From Laetmonice hystrix (taxonomy: Eukaryota): DNA of 64,000 bases. Positions 14,201 to 25,700 of the stretch are shown one piece after another; position 1 is the stretch's first letter; each line of letters begins with the position of its first letter. The notes below the pieces were generated by a model. That model did no database searches. It saw only the letters and a program-made list of their open reading frames with translations, and was not told the origin of the DNA. The position numbers were made by a program, and so were the translations under genes. The stretch is taken from NCBI GenBank assembly GCA_965235115.1, contig OZ249449.1, positions 7,502,001 to 7,566,000 on the forward strand, given 5' to 3'.

Positions 14201-16238
14201 CAATGAGATCTCAATTATAATGGAAGGAGTAGATGTAGTGAAGTTCTACGAGATGGAAATTAACAAGGGATGAAAATTGGCATTTGTACAATCCCAGAAA
14301 ATCTCACCCATATGCTGAGCGATATCCAGTGACATGACTGGCTTATATAACTCTACTGATTTTTTTTTCGCATTCATTTGTAGCTAAGATGACTGAATCT
14401 ACGACAGAAAAACAAGACAACAGTAAGAACGTCCTTCTCTTGACCCATTTTCATTTGTTTTTCGTCTAAGTTAAGTTCATTTAACTCAACTTAAAGGGAA
14501 TCAATTGCATCTTCAGCCTATGTTAGAAACAAATCCAACTATCTCTGATATAGCTACCTATATGTTTGCAAATCATGCTGGCTATAATAACGCCTTGTAG
14601 ACTGTCGGCATGAAAAACGGTTTCGGTACAACGGGGGCGGGGGGGGGGGGGGCATGGTTCGTTTCGGTTAGGGTAGTACGCCTAGTGCTTGCCGGGTGCT
14701 ACTAAACACCGAAACCAAGTGAATTACTCGTAAACGATCGAAACTGACCTTGGTATCTTGACATCAACCTCGAGATGGCAATATGAGGTCGTCAGGCAAT
14801 GACCGGTGCTCCCAGCCAGTCGAGGGTAATAGGCCTACGAAGCCCTGCCCAGGCACGCAGCAGAGCAGAAACCCTTCAGAGCGGTCGATAAAAACGCTCG
14901 CAAACATGAACTAACAAATATTTAAAAGAAAAGACCACCGCCAGTCTGTACAGGCCAGGCACACAGGCCGTGATATTCTAAGCAAGTTAAAAAATATTTG
15001 AACACAATTGGTGCTCAAATAGTTAAGATATAAGCACTTCAGTGCAGGAGCCTGCTTAGAACCTGCTCCGCTGGTGATGGCGGCCATAGCTGTCTGCTTG
15101 GGCTAATCTCTTGGTCTAATCTCACTTTGCGCATGCTCCAACCACTGCTGTCCAGTTTGGGAGGAACCAAAAACTGACGCACCTGTTGCGTTGAGCGAAC
15201 CATAGACCATGCTGTATGGTCTATGAACGAACGTTGACAGCTTATTTATATAAGCAAAATTTGTTAGAACATAGACGAAAACTACCGATCATAGTAAAGA
15301 GGATTGGCTAGGAATTAAGCCTACCGATGTCAGGGGATATATCAGGGTGGACACGGATCTCGGCAAGCTCCAGCCGTGGGTTTCGGCCGCCTGCATTCGT
15401 GATGTTGACGGCACCCGCAGGGCGACTGGGCCGGGCCCTGACCGTGGCTTCGACCGCGGGCGGGTGCTGGCAGTGTCAGACTCTTGTGGTCACTTCAGCA
15501 CAGACCTGTTTTAGTTGTGACTGTGACTGTAGGACTGACTCCTGTTGATTTTGCCGACCCGCCCCGGCTGCCTTTACTTTAGTCTAGTCTAGCCTAGCCC
15601 CTGCATACAATAGATTAGCCCCGAAACGTCACTTCCGGCCAGCCCAATAGCAACAAATGGCTGCGCCGCTGAAGCCAGTGATTTTGACACGGTTGTCATG
15701 TTCAACATATGACTTCTTGGAATGGGGGGATATTTATTTCCAACCACTACTCTGAAAGGTGAGTGCATATAGAGGCCTTGCAGCTGTCCAAATGTGATTT
15801 TTGACTGGTCTTCTCCTTTAATATAGCTGCACCAAACTTCAGCAGCCTAAAGACACACATTTCCTTAGTAATTGTCAACTGTTTAAAGAGAATCGGTTCA
15901 GTAGTTATTTTTCACTCGAGTGTAATACGAACCCCTGTCCATGCAGAGCAGAGGGGGCCCGTCACGACCGGTGTGTGTACTCGCAACTCTTATCTAGGTC
16001 AAGATGGCGTCGAAACGGCATCTCCGTTTCCTGTGCAGACAGGACTGGTTATCTCTGCAAAATAATAGATTCCCTATACTCTTATTCGTCATACCTGATT
16101 GTGATTGACAGTAATGATGAATGTAATGATCTTTCAGATGGCGGAGCGTTAGCTACAGGCGTCACCTTCAGCAGACTCTTTGCTGTGCTGGTCGTCGCTG
16201 TCGTCAGTGACGCCCTTTTCCGCCTTCCGATGCCATAA
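5268..16238 (+). CDS. Multi-CTLD C-type lectin, copy 1 (mannose-receptor-like): signal peptide, 5 CTLDs, putative GPI signal; 787 aa, 18 exons
   Basis: GT-AG exons in consistent phase: 5268-5316, 5866-6041, 6500-6558, 6896-6990, 7318-7461, 7917-8048, 8472-8620, 8910-9009, 9450-9700, 9808-9979, 10280-10361, 11412-11593, 12147-12326, 12588-12738, 13262-13383, 13833-14012, 14384-14422, 16138-16238 (2364 nt). N-terminus MVVRVGKVVTIFIVIL; repeated CTLD motifs (TW..A...C...G..LASI, WIG, W..GEP, C..W.D..C...F.CK) joined by Pro/Thr linkers; ends NGGALATGVTFSRLFAVLVVAVVSDALFRLPMP*. Confidence 0.92.
5634..5860. repeat. (CT)n / pyrimidine-rich low-complexity tract before lectin 1 exon 2
   Basis: Direct reading. 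Confidence 0.95.
6704..6852. mobile_element. GGCCC-terminal MITE with CTG TSD in lectin 1 intron 3
   Basis: GGCCCGGTTTTAGAAAG...CTTTCTGAAACCGGGCC; CTG at 6701-6703 and 6853-6855. Confidence 0.75.
13563..13732. repeat. Inverted-repeat element with internal TTACGAC motifs
   Basis: TTTAAATCTCACAAAA mirrored by TTTTATGAGATTTAAA; repeated TACGACT/AGTCGTA. Confidence 0.55.
15076..15763. promoter_or_regulatory. CpG-rich housekeeping-type promoter-like segment with a donor site, inside lectin 1 intron 17
   Basis: GATGGCGGC 15076, TGCGCATGC 15128, ATTGG 15303, CCGCCCC 15559, ACTTCCGG 15631, CCAAT 15644, AAATGGCTGCG 15655, AG|GTGAGT 15757/15758. Confidence 0.45.
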
Positions 16239-17176
16239 TGGAAGAAATAAAAAGTTACGGTGCCCAAGGATTGAAATACCCCTTGTATTACCGGTGCTAA
16301 CTGCAGAAACATTAGTATGCCCTTGTGTAGGCTACACTCGGGTTCAAGGGTTAGGATATCACCTGTGCCGTTCGACCTGGCACTGGTTGCATTAGCAAAA
16401 CAGAAGCTCTCCGCAGAATTAAAAAAATGCGGACATGACTGAAAGAGGCAGGAAATTATACGTTTGGGAGGGGGGGGGGGGTCACAGACACTTGACATTA
16501 AAGGCATTTTTCTGTTTAAAAGGTCTCACGTCTACAGAATGTATCAGGGTTTCCTTGTAAAAAATATAATAAATAAAAATTAAAATTTTGATTTGTAAAC
16601 TCATAAATTTTGATCTTCAGTCTGTGATGTTGAAATGTCCCTAATAGGCTTCCGTAAAGTTGACATTCAATTTCAGGTTCAAAATAATTGATTGGGTTAG
16701 TTTCTTGATTATGTAGGCCTAAATCCATCTACACAAAAAAGAGAGAGGTTATTTCCTTATGATGACATTTCCACGATATTGGGGTAGGGGTTACGGTCAC
16801 TATATAGCAAGGCTAGGCAGGGCCGGATCAGGTTTTGCAACGAGGGGGGGGGGTACATCCAGGATTTTGTAACGGGGAGGTGTCTTTGATCCGAAAGGTA
16901 TCAAGCCTGAGTGGCCAGTTAAGTTTTCTTAATCTGATATGTGAAAGAATGGCAGGCAGATGACTGGCAGGTTTATCTCTATAGAATCTATAGAATACAG
17001 TCCTACCTAAAAAGCAGATTACATTTTTACATTACCTCCTCGTGACAGTTAGGTGTAAAGTGGGCGTTGCTCCAGCGTCCCCGTTAAAACCGTCTGCTAG
17101 TTTTTACAGTGTCAATCTATCGTTCTACTGGCGTTTCAAGCTGTAAGGGTGTGGATTATTGAAACCCTAACTTATC

Positions 17177-19682
17177 ATGGTCGTCACTGTGGGGAAAGTC
17201 GTCACCATTTTCATGGCCATTCTTGGTAAGTTCTTCAAATCTGCAGGGTTTATTTGAGCCTTGATCTATGAGTAAATATTTGTTGGGTGTTAACAGCACA
17301 GACATAAGGATGGGAGCCAACGGAACAAGACATACCGTAATACCCCACTTACCTATCCTATTCCCTGGCGCATAAAATTTCAATTTTCATACAGCTCAGC
17401 ATGTCCTATTCAGAATGTGACAGATACACGACCTGGTTTTGATAGAGCTGTTCTGTTATGGTGTTACCCCCGACCATTGTAGTATACCTTTTCGGACTTA
17501 GAGAATTTTCGGCCACTTCGGAAATAGGATAGGTAAGCGGGGGATTAAGGTATTACATGTACTCATAATACTCTGACTTTCAGAATTAAAGAAAATAAAT
17601 ATATAAATATAAATAAATATAATTGTAGACTCCGACTTTTAGTATTATCCGACTATTATTATTATTATAAATGGAAAACATGCCTACATAGCTTGAGTAA
17701 AAAAGAAAAGAATGAATACAGACTCTGACGAAGTGTACAGAAAATACGAATGCTGGAGCATTCTCTTAAATCAAAATATTTTGTGCGTGGAGGGTCGATG
17801 GATGCGTNNNNNNNNNNNNNNNNNNNNNNNNNNNNNNNNNNNNNNNNNNNNNNNNNNNNNNNNNNNNNNNNNNNNNNNNNNNNNNNNNNNNNNNNNNNNN
17901 NNNNNNNNNNNNNNNNNNNNNNNNNNNNNNNNNNNNNNNNNNNNNNNNNNNNNNNNNNNNNNNNNNNNNNNNNNNNNNNNNNNNNNNNNNNNNNNNNNNN
18001 NNNNNNNNNNNNNNNNNNNNNNNNNNNNNNNNNNNNNNNNNNNNNNNNNNNNNNNNNNNNNNNNNNNNNNNNNNNNNNNNNNNNNNNNNNNNNNNNNNNN
18101 NNNNNNNNNNNNNNNNNNNNNNNNNNCTGTTATGACTGGGGGAACGAATTCAATGGTTACGAGTATGACATGACTCGGAGTGGCTCGAGTGACTCGGAAC
18201 TGACGTGGTACGCGGCACGTGCCGAGTGTATGTCTGAGGGCGGAGATCTTGCCAGTATCTTAACTAAGGAGGAAAACAAGCACGTCAATAAATTTGTAAG
18301 CAATATGTACACTTTACTGTTGGGGAAGTGTGGAAATGCCGAAGGAAAAAAAAGTTCAATTGTTAGAAATTATTATTAAAGCGAAGGTAAAATGTCAAAC
18401 AAACAGATTGGCTTTCTTTAGAGAATTCATTTATTTTGTATGAATATTTGCTTGCTAATGGACACAATTGGATCTTTGCCATTTACATTTTGCTCTTTAC
18501 ATTTTACTATTTATATTTTACATTCGCCTCTCTTGTTAAGCGCTCTGGATACGTCAGTCGATTTTGGATTGGACTGAAGAAACTCGAGGGACATTGGAAG
18601 TGATTAATTATCTTTATACAATCAACTTCAGTGTAGGCTAATAAGAAGAGTATATCATACTGACATTTATAGGAAGAGTATGGCTGATTATATACGAGTT
18701 TGCATAATATGAGGAGTATTATATTGTTATTTCTACTGATATGCTAGTCTTAGATGTAAATGAGATTATACTCAAGCTAAAGAAAATGTGTTAATGACCC
18801 TATGTTAAACCTATGGGAAATTTGAGACGTTACCCCCCCCCCCAAACCGAAGTGGTTTGAGGCTATTTGACGTCATTTGCATATCTAGGACACGAGAACA
18901 GTTACTGTTTATACCGACTTGAGAATGGTTGAACACCCTGTTACGGTACTTTAGTTCGGGAAATGTTATCTAAATTAATGACCTCTTTTATCAGGTGGAT
19001 AGATGGCTCCGAGCTTTCTTGGACACGTTGGGGATTTGAGCAACCTGTGAGGGATTACTGGTGTGGCCAACGATTTAGCGGATTCTCATGTGAGAATCCT
19101 ATCAAAGAACTTTTATGTTTGGTTAAACATCTTAGTTACGTAGTCTATTGGCAAACTTTCAAAATATCCAGGCAACACCCTACATAATAGTTTATATATA
19201 ACTTACATGTAATATAGGGTGGACACAAAGAAACTTGTCGAACTATGACGTTAAATATTTCAAAAACCCTATGTACCTTCTGGGCTACCGTACCTGTTAC
19301 CTCTTCCCATACAACAGTCCATCAGACGGAAGCCTACATAGGCTACATAGTTACAAAATTCGAAATTTTAAAAGTGCTTCAAGGGAACATGATATGAAAT
19401 TAAAATTTTATGAGTAAACCGGATTTGGTCTCGCGTCACGACACGAGAAATGTATTATCATATCTACTTCCGGGTAAAAATTAAATTACAGCTACTTGGT
19501 ATAGCGTGAACTGTGTTGATACCGAGGGTCGACTATGTAAACGGAAGAAAGGTTCAACAGGACCAATCTCCCCATCCCCGTCACCACCCGTGGGAGGGTA
19601 CTGTCCGACCGGCTACATCGGCGTCGGACCCACCAGTAAGTGTGTGAAAACAACTTCAGGAATCAGTCAATCAACCACCCAC

Positions 19683-19713
<31 letters not shown>

Positions 19714-22700
19714 CGAGATAATCCCTTTGCTAAAGGTACGTTTTTATTGGGATAACATTGTTTGCACTATTTATTTATTTATTTATTTATTTATCTATTT
19801 ATTTATTTGTCTATTTATTTAGTCAGCCAGTCAGTTAGACAGTTAGACGGTCAGTCAGTCAGTTAGTTATCATTTCAAATTTGCAATGTTTACAATCCAA
19901 TATAAATGTATCGCTTTGGTGTATATACTTTAACTTGCTGAATGTGACCGAGTGGTATTTTTCTCGGCTCAAGGTGACCGGTGCTACAAGTTCTACAAAC
20001 TAACCGGAAGTGCTGGTGTAACCTGGGAAGATGCCCAGCGTTCGTGTTTAAAGGCAGACCACCCTGGAGCAGCGCTTGCCTCTATCACATCTCCGGAGGA
20101 AAATGGTGGGTCCCTTACGACGAAACGTCCTTAACTTTCGTACAATTGTTGTAAAAAAGTTGTATAACGCTGTATATAAGGGGACCATCATTAGAATAAG
20201 AGGGTATTAAAAGAAAATATTACTTTTTTTTGTGGGGAAATGAGCGAAATAAATGAATTTGCACCATGCATGATGGAAATAAATATTTTGTCCTTAAAGG
20301 AAGGTGAAATAAATAAGTAACTTGGTAGGAAAAAATATTTTCATCCCATCCTCTCCTGAAAAGAAAGGTCCCAATCTCCGTTGTGAAATAAATAAATATG
20401 GTTAGGCAAACACTCCAACCCTCCCTCCTGCCAGATATCTAATTGTAGCCCCCTAAGTTTGTAAACTCAGGCTATATTATGTGTTTTGAATTAGGGGTTA
20501 GGATTGGGTTTGGACCGCTTGGGGTTAGGAAGAGTGATAGATAGAGCCTATAGTAGTTTGTCCTACCAAAACTTCACCGAGAAGCTACCATGAGATATCT
20601 ACCCGTTATCAATACGTGTCATCTGCTGATGTCCTCCGGAATATTGGAAAACAATAGTAGGGCTACTTTTGTCTTTCTAGTTCGATTTCTATTGGCTAGT
20701 TTGCACTCCGTTACCTTTGGTAAATCGGTGCCAAAACATATGTATGTGTGTCAGTAATTTAACTGTAAGACACTTGTGTAATTGTTGACAGCGGTCGTAC
20801 TGTATGTGTGTCAGTAATTTAACTGTAAGACACTTGTGTAATTGTTGACAGCGGTCGTACTGTGTGTGTGTCAGTAATTTAACTGTAAGACACTTGTATA
20901 ATTGTTGACAGCGGTCGTACTAAATGTGTGTCAGTAATGTAACTGTAAGACACTTGTATAATTGTTGACAACGGTCGTACTGTATGTGTGTCAGTAATTT
21001 AACTACAGCGGTCGTACTGTATGTGTGTCAGTAATTTAACTGTAAGACACTTGTATGATTGTTGACAGCGGTCGTACTGATGGAGGTGGCAAACATGCCA
21101 ACAAAAGAAGGACTCTGGATCGGGATGTTCCGAGAATCCTCAGTCTATGAGTGGGGCTGGGCCGACAATGTAGAGATCACCTTTACGTATTGGCGCAATG
21201 ATGCCGGCCGCTATGATGTACGTACATAGGTATCAGCTCATCGCCATCGTCATCGCCATCATCTCCAAATAGAAATAAATTGTTAACGCCACGTCCTCGG
21301 CTCGGTTTTTAGTTTGCAAACCGAATCTTAAGATTCAAATCTTCATATTGAACTCGACGGATACGCTCAGGGCCCAGTAAAAAAATTCTCAGCTTGAGTA
21401 AAGCATATTCAAGTAAAGTAACAGGCTTCTGATTGGCTGGCCTAAGTAGACCAGCCAATCAGAAGTTTTCCTCAAGTTCAAATTATCTGGTTAGGTGGTT
21501 ATGGTTCGATTTGGTGGTTATGGTTCGATTTGGTGGTTATGGTTCGATTTGGTGGTTATGGTTCGATTTGGTGGTTATGGTTCGATTTGGTGGTTATGGT
21601 TCGATTTGGTGGCTATGGTTCGATTTGGTGGTTATGCTTAGATTTGGTGGTTATGGTTAGATTTGGTGGTTATGGTTAGGTTTGGTGGTTATGGATAGAT
21701 TTGGTGGTTATGGTTAGATTTGGTGGTTATGGTTAGATTTGGTGGTTTGGGTTAGATTTGGTGGTTCAGACATTAATAGCACTTTAGTTCATACCATCCT
21801 GTAACACTTGTGTATTTCAGGACGGCTGCGCCTTCACGTCGTATGATAACCGTCCATCGGGAAGTTGGGAAGATTACGATTGTTCAGCTAAAAGAGGATA
21901 TATATGCCAAATCTATAAAGGTGGGGGTTAACTTTTTCTCAATGTCAGAGTGTATGACTCCTCTCGATGACTTATCCCAGTTTATGAGAGGACTTATTCT
22001 CCTCAGATCCTGGAAATTTTATCTCCACTCCTGCACCAACGCCGCCCAACTTGTGCAAACCTGGTGAGACTGCATACCTGGAAGGATGCTACTCTCTGGT
22101 AACGAACGCTCAGACTTGGAGTCAGGCGTCGACCACCTGTAAAAACAGAGGAGCTTATCTTGTCGATATCCACGACGTGGGTGAAAACGGAGCGGTGCTG
22201 TTGACCATGTTACCAGGGCAACAGACTAAGACATGGATTGGGTTCCACAAGGATGAAGTATGTATGATATATTTATGGTGGGCAGAATTAATCCATCCCC
22301 AAATGTACTGGCATCAGATCTAATCAAATAGACCATTGTGAATATTCCAATTAACGTAATTGGTTTGAAACTAATATATGTAACCCATATTTCTATTTAT
22401 TTTGTAGCCAGGGAATAGCTCATCCCTAAAATATCTGGGAAAAATATCTGACTCCCCGAAAATAAGTGACGGGTAGTTCGCCACTGTGTAGTTTGTAAAA
22501 TAAATGTCAGTATGTATCCAAGTACGTCAAGTATGTGCTTACATTAATGAGGTTGTCCATGTATGTCTGGATCGGGTTTCAGGACTCCACCACGTACAGT
22601 TGGATGTCTGGGTGGTACGTCCAGTACACGAACTGGGCGGCGGATCAGCCAGAGTCGCCGGTAGGGGGTGGTTGTGTCGCCTTTGACGCAGAGGGCGAAT

Positions 22701-25700
22701 GGAGCGACATCGTGTGTGAAACTAAACTAGCATTTATGTGCAAGACGACCACCGGTAAGGGGGTGGGGATGAGTGAACAATCGATGAGTTGAATCAGTGA
22801 TCGAATGTCGAACTTCTCCAAGTTACCCCTACCGTGCCTTTGCCAGATTCCCGAGTCAAAATCCATAGTTGAAAATGGATAAGCATCTTTGGTAAAAACA
22901 TATTTACTTGTTTGTTGAGTAAAGCTGACCCTATTACTCCACCACCGGAAGTCGAAGGTCGTTGCCCTAGCAACTCATGGACATCACTCCGTGGATACTG
23001 TTACAAGTACGTCCCTTAATTTGCATAAATCCAGAGATTGGTAATAATTATGTTAGTTACCAAATACGACACTAAGTTAAGAGCACATCCTCACAAACGG
23101 CTTTGCTTTCTTTTGACCTTCTTGTGACTTTGAGTGTAATTCTGTCACTGGTGAACCTCAGAGGTCAATCTAATGATATATTTCTGTAGTACAAGTCTTT
23201 CTGTAGTATAAGTCACTCATATACGCTGCGGGGTCGATCTCTTGTTGCTAGGGCATGTGGAGAGTGTGATGTGTCATGGCTAGAGGCGAATGAGATCTGT
23301 GGTACCTTGTATCCGACAGCCAAGCTTGCCTCCATTCACGACTCTGTTGAGAACGATCTAATCTTTGAGATGATCAAGGATGACTTCTACCCAGAAATCA
23401 GCATTGGGTTATTTCGGTCCAAAAAAAGTTTGTTGGTTTCTGAAACTAAATATAGGGCCTACTCAAAATCTGATTATACATGTATAACGATATATCCGTT
23501 TCTTTTTTATTTTTTTATGATAATATGCCAATAACATCTTTAACGTCCTTTCTAAAGCACCATTAAACTTCTTTTAAACTTATGTCATCACTTTAGGATG
23601 TCTATTTGCACATCTCAGCTCGGATAGCACGTTTCTATGATGTTTTATGTGAAGAATTTTCTCCAGTTACCATGAACTGACCTCTTTCAGCCGAGAAATT
23701 CATTTGGATTGATGGAACAGAAGTTGAGTATACTAACTTTGCTCTTGGTGAGCCGAAACCTCCGGAATCAGAGGAGGATTGTATCAACATCCAAGTAAAT
23801 CAATACCAGGATAAGTGGCTTTCGGGAAGATGCCGTGGAGTCCGAGGCTACGCTTGCAAGGTTGCTAAAAGTAAGTATATTACGGGGGTAACCAGACTGA
23901 ATGCTGAGATCTATTCCCTAGTAGCTAGTTGTGAGAACAGATTTATTCACGTAACACGGTGGAGTCCAGGGGGGATAGCATGGCCAATTTATAAAATTCT
24001 TTGGAGAAAAAATGCGGATACTGTTGACTACAAGTCGACGGTATATTTCCATATCTCTGCCCGTATTTGGAAAACTGACTTGGATACCTTGCACCTGGTG
24101 ACACCTTGACATATTTTGATCGTGTTGTAGTCGTGTTGTAGTCGTGTTGTAGTCGTGTTGTAGTCGTGTTGTAGTCGTGTTGTAGTCGTGTTGTAGTACC
24201 TCTGTCGACATCCCCACCGGAAGTACCGGGCCAATGTCCTGATGAGAGGTGGACCAAGTATGGCGGGAACTGCTTCCTGTTCCAACCTGACGCATTCTAC
24301 GCGTGGATGGGTGCAAACAAACAGTGCAAGACGGAAGGGGGAGAGGGGTAAGGTTCTAGAGAAGGTGACAAAGAACACTGAAACACAGAAAATAGAACCT
24401 TCACAACATTTCTTACATTCCAGTGGTTATCCAAATATTCAAAGACGCCCAGGATTCGTTGCGTAAATGGCAAACTTTCATCACTTCTTTTCTTCCTTCA
24501 TTCCCTTATAGAGCTTTTCTTGCCAAAATCACCTCCTGGGAGGAGAACGACTTTGTTCACCATCTAATGCTGGAGAACTCCCACAGTCCTACAAAGAAGA
24601 ACTTCTGGATTGGGCTGGCCAAACATGGACCATGTACGTGGTAGAACAACTTACTGCCCATATACGATGAAGGATTTTGATATTGTGAATGGGGATGTCT
24701 ACCTGGGAAAGCCAACAGACATGGTTCCAATGAGAAAACTTAAAGAGAAAGCCTAACAGGGAAAGGCAACAAAACATATAGTCAGGAAACTAAGAAACAA
24801 AAATGTAAAGATTTTGGTTGTATACCTTAAGCACAATAGTAACGGCTAAATATTATATGAAGAGTTCCCTTCGAGCCTGCCTAATGGCTTACAATATTTA
24901 GCCTGTCATTTCATCGGCGTGAACCTTGCGGACGTTCAGGATCACTTACAAGACTTTGCAAACCTTTGCGTAAGTCTCGCGACCGAAAACGAGGTTCGGT
25001 CTAACTAGGTCAGACCGCTGGCGACATGCAACTTCCGTTACGTCACAATTCCCCACTGGTTTACATAGGGCGAGCGTACACCTCTCCAAACATGGGCCTT
25101 TCTTTTGACAATTAAATATTTCCTAAGTATGAAGTGTATTTTTTCTAACATAAGAGATGTTGGTTCTGATGTATAGTAAGTTTGATAACAAAGAGAACAG
25201 TAATTGTGGAGTTATCAGTTAGAACGTTTTTTCAATGGGCCTCCCAATGCTAAATGAACGGAACCGGAATTTGGCTGGCGCCAATTTGGGCTTCCAAACC
25301 GCATTTCTCGTCGATTCACGCATTGTGACGTGACATACTTACGCTCCCTATACTTTTTTGTGTTTCTGAACCACTGACCATGACCTTGGCAGGGCCGCAA
25401 AAATACCTGTGGGTGAGCGATAATAGAAACCTGGTGTTTGCTAACTGGGGATTTCGAGAGCCTGACGACACGGTCGGAGAGGAGAACTGTGTCCAGGTGA
25501 ACCACGAGACGGGCACGTGGCAGGACGAGCACTGCGCAGACGCGATGGGGTTCGTGTGCAAAGCTCCCGTTTGTGAGTATGATACAGAACTTTACTTGGA
25601 TAGACTCTACGCCTTGATACAAACCAAGAGACTAGCCCAAGCGTTTCAGGCAGGCTGGCAACACGTTGTTATTAGTTTATCCCTTACAACGTGGATGAAA

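Noticed and set aside
17712-18379. 153-aa and 209-aa ORFs
   Set aside because: Artefacts of translating through the N gap; only 18127-18295 is real exon.
21494-21625. GGTTCGATT as a Pol III B-box or tRNA-derived array
   Set aside because: Lacks the terminal CC, an A-box and any cloverleaf; half of the units lose the CG.
20741-24196. CRISPR-like appearance of regular repeats
   Set aside because: Head-to-tail units without unique spacers, no cas genes, spliceosomal eukaryotic context.
23918-24378. Minus-strand ORFs with repeated LQHDYNTTTTR
   Set aside because: Antisense reading of the (TCGTGTTGTAG)7 array and lectin exon 14.
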